Virus record (IMG/VR): IMGVR_UViG_3300031998_000074
Location: 2,403-66,402 of that record
Direction: 5' to 3' (one strand)
From: a virus
Taxonomy: Duplodnaviria > Caudoviricetes
DNA length: 64,000 nt
This document shows positions 1 to 9,288 of the stretch, one piece after another; position 1 is the first letter of the stretch; each line of letters begins with the position of its first letter. The notes beneath the pieces were generated by a model. That model was given only the letters and a program-made list of their open reading frames with translations, was not told the origin of the DNA and did no database searches. The translations under genes were made by a program, and so were the position numbers.

Positions 1-194
1 TATCCTTGCTGCTGATTCTGAAGGTAATGAATATGGAACTACTAATTTTAAACATACATTATGTCCTATCATGGATAATGATGATAGAGTAATAGGATTA
101 GCATTGTTCCCATGGGAAGAACATATCATGGATGCAGACGAGGCTTGTTTTCGTGATAGATCTGCCACATTAAAAAATATACGGGAGGAATAAT

Positions 195-464
195 ATGGAA
201 TGTAAAACTTATATAGACAGTTGTATTGATGCTGTAGGTAATAGGTTTACTATAGGTGATACACTTGCACATGTACAGTGTAAGATACATGGATCAAATA
301 CCGGGCTTACTATTGAGAAGGGCATTGTTAGAGCAATAGAAATGCTTGGTACTCCAGGTCCGGATGAAGATAACATAGACGGTTACTTTACAATTTGTCT
401 TGAAAAGAAAGGCTGTAAAAGACTATCTAGGGTAACACCCAGTAAAGTTATCAAATTACCATAA
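195..464 (+). CDS. hypothetical protein
   Basis: ORF with GGAGG RBS, co-oriented with neighbours. Confidence 0.6.
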   Translation: MECKTYIDSCIDAVGNRFTIGDTLAHVQCKIHGSNTGLTIEKGIVRAIEMLGTPGPDEDNIDGYFTICLEKKGCKRLSRVTPSKVIKLP

Positions 465-479
465 AATATTGTAAACTAT
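463..479 (+). promoter_or_regulatory. phage promoter-like motif, variant copy (AAAATATTGTAAACTAT)
   Basis: one mismatch to the motif repeated at 6227, 12052, 18581, 22525 and 28180; intergenic, just before the 483 ATG. Confidence 0.55.
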
Positions 480-482
480 ATT

Positions 483-1052
483 ATGAAGAAATATTTTACT
501 TCCGATCTTCATCTATCACATCGCAATATATTAAAGTATTGTGGTCGTCCTTTCAAAGATGTAGACCGTATGAACCAGGTACTAATTAACAATATTAATA
601 CCCGGGCTACCAAAGATGACTTACTTATTCATGTAGGAGACTTCGCTTGTTATGGTAAGGAACGCGGTACAGAATGTACCCGGACTAAACCGGAAGTATA
701 CCTGGCTAAGATTAATCCTAAAACTATATTAATAAAAGGCAATCATGATATTAATAACAAAGTTAAGTATATGTGTAAAGGATTAATTATAGATATAGGT
801 AAGTTAGGATCAGTTACGGTATCCCATTATCCTACAACCGAAACTCATTGCCCTGTTGAGTTTCGTACCAAAGGTACACAAATTGGTTACCACATTTGCG
901 GACACGTACATAACCAATGGAAATTTATGTATGATCCGATATGTAATAAGATCAATATCAATGTAGGTGTTGACGCTTGGAATAACCAAATTGTATCTGA
1001 GGACGAACTTATAAATGCTGTATGCAAATACAAGAAGGAAAATAATTTATGA
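483..1052 (+). CDS. calcineurin-like metallophosphoesterase
   Basis: motifs SDLHL, VGDF, GNHD, SHYP, GHVH. Confidence 0.85.
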   Translation: MKKYFTSDLHLSHRNILKYCGRPFKDVDRMNQVLINNINTRATKDDLLIHVGDFACYGKERGTECTRTKPEVYLAKINPKTILIKGNHDINNKVKYMCKGLIIDIGKLGSVTVSHYPTTETHCPVEFRTKGTQIGYHICGHVHNQWKFMYDPICNKININVGVDAWNNQIVSEDELINAVCKYKKENNL

Positions 1053-2353
1053 CGTATGAAGTATTAAAGAATATACAAACATTCATTGATAAGATGAATG
1101 CCAGTAATAAACGCAAAGATAAAGAAGATGTATTATTAACCTGTATGACACCTGATGTTAAATGGATCTTAAAACTTACGTTTGATTACGATGTTCAGTA
1201 TTATATTACAAGTAAGTCTGTTGAGAAACTTAAGAACTCATTAGGAGGTGCTACTACAGGCTTAAATTTATTTGAAGTATTAGATAGATTAAGACTCAGA
1301 CTTGTAACCGGACATGCCGCGGCCCAGCTTGTACACTCATTCGTTTTAACATACCCGGAATATAAAGATCTTATATATAAAATTATTGATAAGGATCTTG
1401 GTATAGGTGTATCAACTAAGATCATTAATGATGTACATCCTGGTATGATTAAGGAATTTAAGGTAGCCTTGGCTCAGGACCTACGTAAGAAGCCTAATAC
1501 CAAACTGGACCAGGACTGGGTAATAGAGCGTAAACTTGATGGTAACCGCGCTATACTTATCTACAACAATCCACAGGATATACACATCTATTCCAGAACC
1601 GGACTTGAATATACAACCTTAAATAAAATCAAAGAGGATGTAGTAAAGCTTGGCTTAGATAATGATACAGTACTAGATGGTGAGATCTGTTTGGTAGATG
1701 AGAATGATCATGAAGACTTCCAGGGTATTATGAAAGAGATCCGTAGGAAAGATCATACCATACCAAATCCTAAATATATAGTCTTTGACATGATGCCTCT
1801 ACCTGTATTTGAAGGTAAAGAAACTGGACTTGTATATAAGGACAGGATCCAACCGTTCATAGATAAATATACCGAACTGGACCCGGATACTATTAAAACT
1901 ATTACACCTATTGAGTATGTAGACTACTCGGAAGAGAACCTTACATTCATGAAGAAGTGTGTAGTAGATGATCACTGGGAAGGTTTAATGTTCCGTAAGA
2001 ACGTACCATATGAAGGTAAGCGTACGGATAATTTATTAAAATTTAAGTCTTTCTTTGATGCAGAGTATGCGGTACTTGGCATTGAAGAAAGTGAGGTAAC
2101 CGAAGTTATTAATAATAAAGCTAACAAGATTAAAGCTGTTGGTAGCCTATTAATAAAGCATCAAGGATATACAGTCAAGGTTGGGTCCGGACTCAGTTTG
2201 GAACAGCGTAAAGCCTGGCTCCAAAACCCGGATCAAATCATAGGCAAAACCATCACGGTAAAGTACTTCGAGGAAACCACCGACCAAAATGGAAATAAAA
2301 GTTTACGTTTCCCTACTTTGGTTGTAGTGCATGGCGAGGAACGCGAAATATAA
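1049..2353 (+). CDS. lig: ATP-dependent DNA ligase
   Basis: KLDG adenylation motif, LDGE, EGLMFR, LLKFK, C-terminal OB fold (VGSG, SLRFP). Confidence 0.93.
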   Translation: MTYEVLKNIQTFIDKMNASNKRKDKEDVLLTCMTPDVKWILKLTFDYDVQYYITSKSVEKLKNSLGGATTGLNLFEVLDRLRLRLVTGHAAAQLVHSFVLTYPEYKDLIYKIIDKDLGIGVSTKIINDVHPGMIKEFKVALAQDLRKKPNTKLDQDWVIERKLDGNRAILIYNNPQDIHIYSRTGLEYTTLNKIKEDVVKLGLDNDTVLDGEICLVDENDHEDFQGIMKEIRRKDHTIPNPKYIVFDMMPLPVFEGKETGLVYKDRIQPFIDKYTELDPDTIKTITPIEYVDYSEENLTFMKKCVVDDHWEGLMFRKNVPYEGKRTDNLLKFKSFFDAEYAVLGIEESEVTEVINNKANKIKAVGSLLIKHQGYTVKVGSGLSLEQRKAWLQNPDQIIGKTITVKYFEETTDQNGNKSLRFPTLVVVHGEEREI

Positions 2354-2427
2354 CTCTTACACATGCGATTTCATAGGTATATGAAGCGTTTAGTTAGTAA
2401 GCCATGCGGAGTTAATGAGGAGGATAT

Positions 2428-2688
2428 ATGATAATATTAGCACTCATTGGAGTAATAGCAATCGTTGCTGTAATAGCAATGATAGTTGGTCTCTGTATGA
2501 CAATGGTAAACCAAACCCAGAACAGGGAATGCCACACCATGTCAGACAGATTCTTACAAAGATCATCCAGAGAAACTGAACAAAGGATATATAAAAATAT
2601 CTTTATGCCAATTGTTACAGAGCTTTGGTATTTAATCCTGTTGGTACTATTGTGTCTGTTTGTATCAGTAGGTAAGATCTTTAGTTAG
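2428..2688 (+). CDS. small membrane protein
   Basis: two hydrophobic segments, GAGGAGG RBS. Confidence 0.6.
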   Translation: MIILALIGVIAIVAVIAMIVGLCMTMVNQTQNRECHTMSDRFLQRSSRETEQRIYKNIFMPIVTELWYLILLVLLCLFVSVGKIFS

Positions 2689-2715
2689 TAAATGGTAGTA
2701 TAAAAAGGAGATACA

Positions 2716-3291
2716 ATGGAATACAAAATTCTATTAACAATAATAAGGATCTTTCTGTTTACAATCATAGCATTGTTTTTTATACACACTGCAGGTTGTA
2801 CTGTCAATTGTGAAGAGCATTTAGATGGTTGTGTACATCTGCTTAGGGATATGCAAAGACAAATGTCTATGGTAATACATTCAACACAAGCTGATGAACC
2901 AAAGTATACTTATTCATTTAGCTATGATACAGTAGATTCTTTAGATGCTGACATCTATGAAGTAGATGCCCGGATTACAGCTTATAATAACTTGCCGGAA
3001 CAAACTGATAGCACACCGAACACTATGGCAAGTGGCCGTCATGTATATGAAGGTGCAGTAGCTTTAAGCCGTGATTTACTAGCTCAATATAAAATAAAAT
3101 GGGGAGATATAGTATGCCTAGAAAAGCCAGGATTATGTTACATTGTGGAAGATACTATGAACGATAGGTATGATAACCGGGTTACGCCCGGGTCCGGACA
3201 TAGGGTAGACATATTTATGTTTTCACGTGAAATGGCTTTACAGACAAACTATAAAACCAAAATTAAAATTCTAAAATGGAGGAAACTATAA
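2716..3291 (+). CDS. 3D-domain cell-wall hydrolase-like protein with N-terminal anchor
   Basis: ITAYN...TMASG, VALSRD, VEDT, RVDIFM typical of the 3D (three-Asp) domain. Confidence 0.8.
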   Translation: MEYKILLTIIRIFLFTIIALFFIHTAGCTVNCEEHLDGCVHLLRDMQRQMSMVIHSTQADEPKYTYSFSYDTVDSLDADIYEVDARITAYNNLPEQTDSTPNTMASGRHVYEGAVALSRDLLAQYKIKWGDIVCLEKPGLCYIVEDTMNDRYDNRVTPGSGHRVDIFMFSREMALQTNYKTKIKILKWRKL

Positions 3292-3503
3292 TGGAAATAT
3301 TTACAGTACTGGTTCTGTGTATATGTGTGTTCCTGGTTCTGTTTCTTATACTCATTACTGAATCAATAACTACAAACACAGCAACCATAGTATGTAATAG
3401 CAGCCATCACGATATTGATTACAATAAAGAGTTTTCAAAGCGTGATGATTTTAATCACAAACCTAAAACGTTTGAGGAATTAAAAGATTATATTCAGAGG
3501 TAA
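3276..3503 (+). CDS. small membrane protein
   Basis: N-terminal hydrophobic helix. Confidence 0.5.
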   Translation: MEETIMEIFTVLVLCICVFLVLFLILITESITTNTATIVCNSSHHDIDYNKEFSKRDDFNHKPKTFEELKDYIQR

Positions 3504-3507
3504 TAAT

Positions 3508-4410
3508 ATGTTTGAAAATATTATAGGACAAGAGGCCATTAAGAATAATATAACAACTAATATATTATTTGCTAAGGGTACTCCGGGGGCTATAATACCG
3601 CATATATTATTCATTGGACCAGCAGGCTATGGTAAAACATTATTAGCAACTAGTATAGCCAAGGCCTTTGACAAACCGTATGTGTCCGGGTATGGCCCAT
3701 CCATTACTTCGGAAGAACAGTTAGTGAAGATGTTCCTATACCAGGATAAATTAATCCCGGAAGGAACTATCCTAATCATCGATGAGATTCATGCAGTTAA
3801 AGCTAACTTGCTTGAGAAGATCTATACTATTATGGAATCATTCTCGTTACCTGTCGGATCAACTACAATACAGTTCCCGAAGTTTACACTCATAGCTGGT
3901 ACAACTGATCCTCAATACTTAACTAAGTCAATGCGAGATAGGTTTAAGCTCACCTATGTCCTATCTAAATATACAGAGAAGGATATAGCAGACTTAGTCC
4001 GGCTTAAAATAGGTCCGGGTATAACTATTGATGATGACGTTTGTAAGAAGATCTATGAGTTTACCGCTGGTACACCCAGAAAGGTTATCAATCTTGCATA
4101 TAACTTGCGTGTCTATCTGTTCGTACATCCGAATAATAACAACCATGTAGACATGGATACCTTTGATACCTATCTTAAGTACCAGGGTTTAACAAAGGAA
4201 GGATTTACAGCTCAAGAATGTGAATACCTTAACTTATTAAGAGTGCACCAAAAGTTATCCGTAAATAGCTTAACGGCTATGCTTGGTATTAATGTTGGTG
4301 TAATCTTATACATAGTAGAGCCAAGCCTACTTGAAAGAGGCTTGATCCGGATTGTGTCCGGAGGTAGAGTCTTGACTGAGAAAGGTCAGGCCTTACTATC
4401 AAATATATAA
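3508..4410 (+). CDS. ruvB: Holliday junction branch-migration ATPase RuvB-like
   Basis: GPAGYGKT, IIDEIH, FTLIAGTT, MRDRF, GTPR, C-terminal winged helix with EPSLL and GR. Confidence 0.88.
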   Translation: MFENIIGQEAIKNNITTNILFAKGTPGAIIPHILFIGPAGYGKTLLATSIAKAFDKPYVSGYGPSITSEEQLVKMFLYQDKLIPEGTILIIDEIHAVKANLLEKIYTIMESFSLPVGSTTIQFPKFTLIAGTTDPQYLTKSMRDRFKLTYVLSKYTEKDIADLVRLKIGPGITIDDDVCKKIYEFTAGTPRKVINLAYNLRVYLFVHPNNNNHVDMDTFDTYLKYQGLTKEGFTAQECEYLNLLRVHQKLSVNSLTAMLGINVGVILYIVEPSLLERGLIRIVSGGRVLTEKGQALLSNI

Positions 4411-4421
4411 GGAGGTGTATT

Positions 4422-4742
4422 ATGATAAAAGTAACAAAAGCATGGATGACTACAGAATATTTAGGAGCATTGGATAGTAGATGTTTAATCTTCTCTACCA
4501 TAAACCATTATGCAACTAAGAAAGCTGTAGAAGAACAAGCAAAGGATTTTATCAAGTTTGTTAAGAAACATGGATATACAACTATTAATAAGACTAAAGG
4601 TTTATTAGATAGTGGTTTCTCTATAATTTGCACAAACAAAGAGGGCAAACAAGTTAAGTTTACGGCTTATCATGTAACCCTTAGCACACAGTGTAAAAGT
4701 ATTGATAGAGCAAAACATTTACGAAAGGATAAATTATGGTAA
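4422..4742 (+). CDS. hypothetical protein
   Basis: AAGGAGGT RBS, operonic position. Confidence 0.6.
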   Translation: MIKVTKAWMTTEYLGALDSRCLIFSTINHYATKKAVEEQAKDFIKFVKKHGYTTINKTKGLLDSGFSIICTNKEGKQVKFTAYHVTLSTQCKSIDRAKHLRKDKLW

Positions 4743-5032
4743 TGTCTTATCAATTAGATTATCCGGTAATTAACTTGTATGATAATGTGGTAGTGTTACA
4801 GTATAAAAGTTCAAATATGATCTTATGTGAGGATCAACGACTTGCAAACAAAATAGCCAATACGTATCTTCACAATTGTAATAAGACCATGTGGTCACAG
4901 TTAATGTACCGAGACATAAAACTTGCAACATATGTCATTGATAATATCAAAAAATATTATGGGCGTAACATTGCAAGCTTTATCAGAGTCAGTCCCAGGT
5001 TTATGATTCTTGAAGGGTACTTGACTTTTTAA
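4736..5032 (+). CDS. hypothetical protein
   Basis: overlaps the stop of the upstream gene. Confidence 0.55.
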   Translation: MVMSYQLDYPVINLYDNVVVLQYKSSNMILCEDQRLANKIANTYLHNCNKTMWSQLMYRDIKLATYVIDNIKKYYGRNIASFIRVSPRFMILEGYLTF

Positions 5033-5049
5033 CCGGTATTTGATATAAT
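5021..5049 (+). promoter_or_regulatory. sigma70-type promoter TTGACT-N17-TATAAT with extended -10 TG
   Basis: near-consensus -35 and -10 with 17 nt spacing, directly upstream of the sigma-like gene. Confidence 0.8.
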
Positions 5050-5072
5050 CACACATAACAAAAGGAGGAGTT

Positions 5073-5864
5073 ATGCTTGATGAGATAACTCGTAAGACAC
5101 GAGACGGTATAAGATACACCGATACCGAGATAGTGAGCAGTAAAGCAGATCCCTTGATGAGGGAGTTAGTACTAACCGGGTTATATAATTTTATATATAA
5201 ATTATATCTCACGCGCCTTATTGAAGACCAAAATAAGGAAGATCTTATTCAAGAAGCCTGTACCATAATGATTATGGTATACAACACTTGGCAACCTAAA
5301 GAAAGATATAAAGACAACCAGTATTCGTTCTACAAGTTCTTACTATCAAGTCTTTATAACCGACTACCTATGTTGAAGAATACTAAGTACAGTGGGTTGA
5401 TCCAGAAACCATACCTCACGAAGGAATATATAAAACAGGTTCTTGATAAACATCACATAACATATACAGAAGATGATGATCTGTTCAAGCTTTGGACAGA
5501 TTATATTTTTGGTATATCAAGTATTAATCCTCTGGACACAGTAGTACATAGAGACGATGAATCAGAAGACCTTACACTTAATGATGTTATCAAAGATACG
5601 TCTAACGATTTTTCAGCTGACCGATACTACACCCGGAACGAGATTCAATACACCATGCGCGACTTTGTCGGGGCATACAAGAACAAAGTCGAGCCTGTTG
5701 TATTTAACACCTTACAGAACATGCTCAACAATGAATTCGTTTCACTACAGGCTGAGGCCCGGAAGGCTAATATAATCGCAGAGAAAGAGGTGCGCAGTTT
5801 TACATCAAAAGTAAAACGCACACTCAAGCAACTCGCTAAAGATTTCAAAAATAAAGGCTTATAA
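5073..5864 (+). CDS. phage RNA polymerase sigma factor-like protein
   Basis: region 2-like EDLIQEA...FYKF and region 3-like PLDTVV...DLTLNDVIKD. Confidence 0.7.
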   Translation: MLDEITRKTRDGIRYTDTEIVSSKADPLMRELVLTGLYNFIYKLYLTRLIEDQNKEDLIQEACTIMIMVYNTWQPKERYKDNQYSFYKFLLSSLYNRLPMLKNTKYSGLIQKPYLTKEYIKQVLDKHHITYTEDDDLFKLWTDYIFGISSINPLDTVVHRDDESEDLTLNDVIKDTSNDFSADRYYTRNEIQYTMRDFVGAYKNKVEPVVFNTLQNMLNNEFVSLQAEARKANIIAEKEVRSFTSKVKRTLKQLAKDFKNKGL

Positions 5865-5880
5865 AGACAAGGAGGTTTGT

Positions 5881-6228
5881 ATGTCACGTATAACGCCATA
5901 CGCATTATTGATTACAATAATGGGTAGATATAATCGTTCAGTACAGAGCAAGTCACTCGGACGGGATCTTCATATATGTAAGATCATCCTTGATACATTC
6001 CGTTCGTATGATACAAAAGATTACGAGATCGCACAGTTAGTTCAATATGTATGTTCTTATGTGCAGACTTGTAAGCTACCACAATCATTTCCGTATACAG
6101 CAACGATCCTGCTCAACATCGCACGGCAGTATGTGTTCATTAAAGAGCAGTATAAGAGTACCCTCACTTTGAGTCCGGAACTACAGGAGTGGATTTCACA
6201 GGAAATATCAAAGTGTATAAATCGATAA
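5881..6228 (+). CDS. hypothetical protein
   Basis: AAGGAGGT RBS. Confidence 0.6.
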   Translation: MSRITPYALLITIMGRYNRSVQSKSLGRDLHICKIILDTFRSYDTKDYEIAQLVQYVCSYVQTCKLPQSFPYTATILLNIARQYVFIKEQYKSTLTLSPELQEWISQEISKCINR

Positions 6229-6244
6229 AAATATTGTATACTGT
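6227..6244 (+). promoter_or_regulatory. phage promoter-like motif AAAAATATTGTATACTGT
   Basis: exact repeated intergenic motif, with TGTATA 17 nt upstream of TATACT. Confidence 0.7.
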
Positions 6245-6272
6245 TAGTGAGTAGCACTTCAAATAGGGGAAG

Positions 6273-6650
6273 GTGATGCCAAATAAACCATACGCAATAA
6301 GAGAAATAAATACATCAGATATACACGTCATGCGCGAAGGCGCAATTATACCGGAAACATGTGAAGATATTGCAAGCTTAATTAACTACAACTTGTACCG
6401 GTTAGAGAACCCGGAATATGAAATAGCCGAGTTTAAACTCAAAGATGTTAAACCTTTGTGGGACACACTCGAGAAACATTATGGCAGAGCGTCGACTAAA
6501 TTTGTTATAATGTACTTATATTACTACATGGGGTTCTCTTACAGACAGATAGAACAGATATTACATATCTCTTTTGTGGCATGTTACAGGCATGCAATGC
6601 AAGCTATCGATTATTTAAAACAGGAGTTTTCAGATGATAAGCTTAAATGA
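6273..6650 (+). CDS. sigma70 region 4-like HTH DNA-binding protein
   Basis: YYYMGFSYRQIEQILHIS...RHAMQAIDYLK. Confidence 0.7.
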   Translation: MMPNKPYAIREINTSDIHVMREGAIIPETCEDIASLINYNLYRLENPEYEIAEFKLKDVKPLWDTLEKHYGRASTKFVIMYLYYYMGFSYRQIEQILHISFVACYRHAMQAIDYLKQEFSDDKLK

Positions 6651-7389
6651 TGAAAGCTTAAAGTCTTATTTAGATAAAAAAGGATTTATTCCAGAGGACT
6701 TATTTAAAGCTGGAGCTGTTATCGCAGATGCCGGTGAATTGTACTATACAAGCCCGGACTATAATATTCCTGGTCATCCTGAGTTTAGTACACACTGGAC
6801 TGAAGATAAGTCCGGGATCATGTCCAAAGACTTTGAAGATAAAGAGCTCAGTGTACTCGATATAATCAATAATAAATTACAAGTATATAAAGCATCCGGT
6901 TGTAATGCCGCAATCTTTGTTCCGATATTCTCGTTACAACAACAGTTAGTCGGTATGTCAATCCGTAAGATGCATGACACAAGTAAACATGATTCCTGGT
7001 TTAAGCCCGGGTGCCGTAAGGTAGATACAGTCTACGGGTTAAATACGGCTTTCAAAGATATTGTAATGAAACAGTCGATCATACTTACCGAAGGTGTTTA
7101 TGATACCATCGCATTACGTAAGTACGGATTCACACAGGCATGTGCTCTGTTAGGGACACACATGTCAAACTTACAATTTTTTCAGATAGCATCCATCACT
7201 AAGAACATATGTCTGTGCCTGGATAATGATGAGGCGGGTATCACAGCCTGTCAGAAGATCATAGACACATACAAAAAAATATATGGTGATGACGTACAAT
7301 TTTTTAAACTTGTACTTGATAAAGATCCGGACGAATTCTTAAAAGAAAAAGGTCCGGACGAATTAAAGCGGAGGCTACAGAAGTGTTAA
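6634..7389 (+). CDS. DNA primase catalytic (TOPRIM) subunit lacking the zinc-binding domain
   Basis: VYGL, TEGVYD, ALLGT, LDNDEAG, KDPDE. Confidence 0.85.
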   Translation: MISLNDESLKSYLDKKGFIPEDLFKAGAVIADAGELYYTSPDYNIPGHPEFSTHWTEDKSGIMSKDFEDKELSVLDIINNKLQVYKASGCNAAIFVPIFSLQQQLVGMSIRKMHDTSKHDSWFKPGCRKVDTVYGLNTAFKDIVMKQSIILTEGVYDTIALRKYGFTQACALLGTHMSNLQFFQIASITKNICLCLDNDEAGITACQKIIDTYKKIYGDDVQFFKLVLDKDPDEFLKEKGPDELKRRLQKC

Positions 7390-8183
7390 ATAACACAATC
7401 GATCCAGTATTAATGGAAAAAATAGCTAAAGTCAGATACAATAACGAAGGCTTTGGCTATTCAATAGATAATGTAGGTACTTATGTCCGGGTATCTAATG
7501 TACTTAAGTCGGTTAACTTTGACGATGGTATGTTAGCTAACTGGAAGGACAAGAAGACCAGAGAATATTTTGAGGAACACATTGACCCGGATAAAAAATA
7601 CGACGGGAGCAGTGTGTTGTATACATTCGGCAAGGCTATGCACGCTGCCGAAGATTATACAAACGCATCTTCTATTTATGGTAATCAGTTACATGATTGG
7701 CTTGAAACGTATTTGAACACAGGAGTGTTCCCGGAGGTACCACAAAGCCAGTATGCTAACGCAAAGATCTGCGCCGACTCAATGGCAAAGTTTTTGAAGG
7801 ATGCTCATATTACAAAAGATCTTTCCGTCAAGCCGGAACTCTTTACCTACTCAAAGATATATCAGTATGCCGGATGTGCAGATTGGTTATGCTATCGCAA
7901 CGGACAGTATATCTTATTTGATTGGAAGACATCAAATTACTTCCAACCGAAGTACTTCTGTCAGGTAGCGGCATATTGGAAATCACTCGAGGAGCTTTAT
8001 GGTATTAAGATATCTAAAGCTATGGTTATCAATTTTAATAAAAAGGTCGTAGACTATACTGTTAATACAGTTACTGAAGCTAACGTGAATGACTACTTTG
8101 ATTTGTTTAAGTGCTGTCTATTAGCATATAGATTTATTAAAAAATTCCCTATCACTGGCGGTTTTGCCGGCTTAGGGGTATAG
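7383..8183 (+). CDS. PD-(D/E)XK exonuclease
   Basis: GNQLH, E...YAGCAD...DWKTS, QVAAY. Confidence 0.8.
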   Translation: MLNNTIDPVLMEKIAKVRYNNEGFGYSIDNVGTYVRVSNVLKSVNFDDGMLANWKDKKTREYFEEHIDPDKKYDGSSVLYTFGKAMHAAEDYTNASSIYGNQLHDWLETYLNTGVFPEVPQSQYANAKICADSMAKFLKDAHITKDLSVKPELFTYSKIYQYAGCADWLCYRNGQYILFDWKTSNYFQPKYFCQVAAYWKSLEELYGIKISKAMVINFNKKVVDYTVNTVTEANVNDYFDLFKCCLLAYRFIKKFPITGGFAGLGV

Positions 8184-8191
8184 GAGAAATA

Positions 8192-8647
8192 ATGTTTAAT
8201 AGAACAAAATACAAACTCATCGTCTATCACGCAACCTCTTCTTTATTTGTAGTGATAGAGGAACGTTTATTGCCGGAAATGCTTAAGAAAATTCCGAATG
8301 CAAATAACGAAACCGTTGATGTGATCTGCACCTCAACCGACAAAGAAGCATTGCTCGCAGCTGCACGCTATATGAACAGTGCCTTTATGGCGGTTCTTGA
8401 AAAGATTAACAACAACCTCGAAGTGATTACAAACAATAGTGAGGCATTAAGAGAAGCCATGAAACATCTTCTTGTAGGGTTGCTTGAATCAGCCCTAAAA
8501 AAGGAGCAAGAGCAAGCAGCATGTGATGACCGCTGTGAAGATAGTGGCCTTTGTATTTGCGGAAAGAACCCGGAAGAAACCAAGCCGGCTAAGAAAGCAA
8601 AGAAAGCCAAAAAAGCTAAAAAGGCAAAGAAGGCTAAAAAGAAATGA
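8192..8647 (+). CDS. hypothetical protein with histone H1-like (KKA)n tail
   Basis: C-terminus PAKKAKKAKKAKKAKKAKKK. Confidence 0.7.
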   Translation: MFNRTKYKLIVYHATSSLFVVIEERLLPEMLKKIPNANNETVDVICTSTDKEALLAAARYMNSAFMAVLEKINNNLEVITNNSEALREAMKHLLVGLLESALKKEQEQAACDDRCEDSGLCICGKNPEETKPAKKAKKAKKAKKAKKAKKK

Positions 8648-9279
8648 AGATTGTAGCGATATCAGATACCCACTGGCATTATAATTTATATGAGAACTTA
8701 CCACCGGGTGACATCCTCGTCATAGCTGGTGATTATACTGGTAAAGGAGATCTTATGGATCTTATTACCTTCTTGTCTCATATATCTTTATTAAAGAAGA
8801 AGGGCCTGTATCGCGAGATAGTTATAATACCCGGTAACCATAATCTATATGAGGAAGAGAATATAGATAAGGTGCCGGGTTTTATGAAAGAAGCTGGGGC
8901 CACCTACTTGCTAGATTCCGGATGTACCATTGATGGTATATCTTTTTATGGCACACCCTGGAGTGTGACGTTTAACGACTGGGCATTTATGAAAGACGAA
9001 GAAGATCTGTTTTATAAGTTTAAGAAGATCCCAAAAGGCGTAGATGTCCTCATTACGCATACACCGCCATACGGAACCTTAGATGTTATACGAGGTAAGC
9101 ACCTCGGCTCACATGCACTTGAACAACGAATACTGTCTGTAAAACCTAAGATACATATCTTCGGGCATTTGCATAGTGCTCATGGTGTTGCACACAGTAA
9201 GTATACAGATTTTTATAATGTGTCTATGTTAAACGATAGATACGAAGTAGTTTATAAACCAACGATAATTGAACTATAA
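8644..9279 (+). CDS. metallophosphoesterase
   Basis: SDTH, AGDY, GNHN, THTPP, GHLH. Confidence 0.88.
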   Translation: MKIVAISDTHWHYNLYENLPPGDILVIAGDYTGKGDLMDLITFLSHISLLKKKGLYREIVIIPGNHNLYEEENIDKVPGFMKEAGATYLLDSGCTIDGISFYGTPWSVTFNDWAFMKDEEDLFYKFKKIPKGVDVLITHTPPYGTLDVIRGKHLGSHALEQRILSVKPKIHIFGHLHSAHGVAHSKYTDFYNVSMLNDRYEVVYKPTIIEL

Positions 9280-9288
9280 GGAGTCAAT

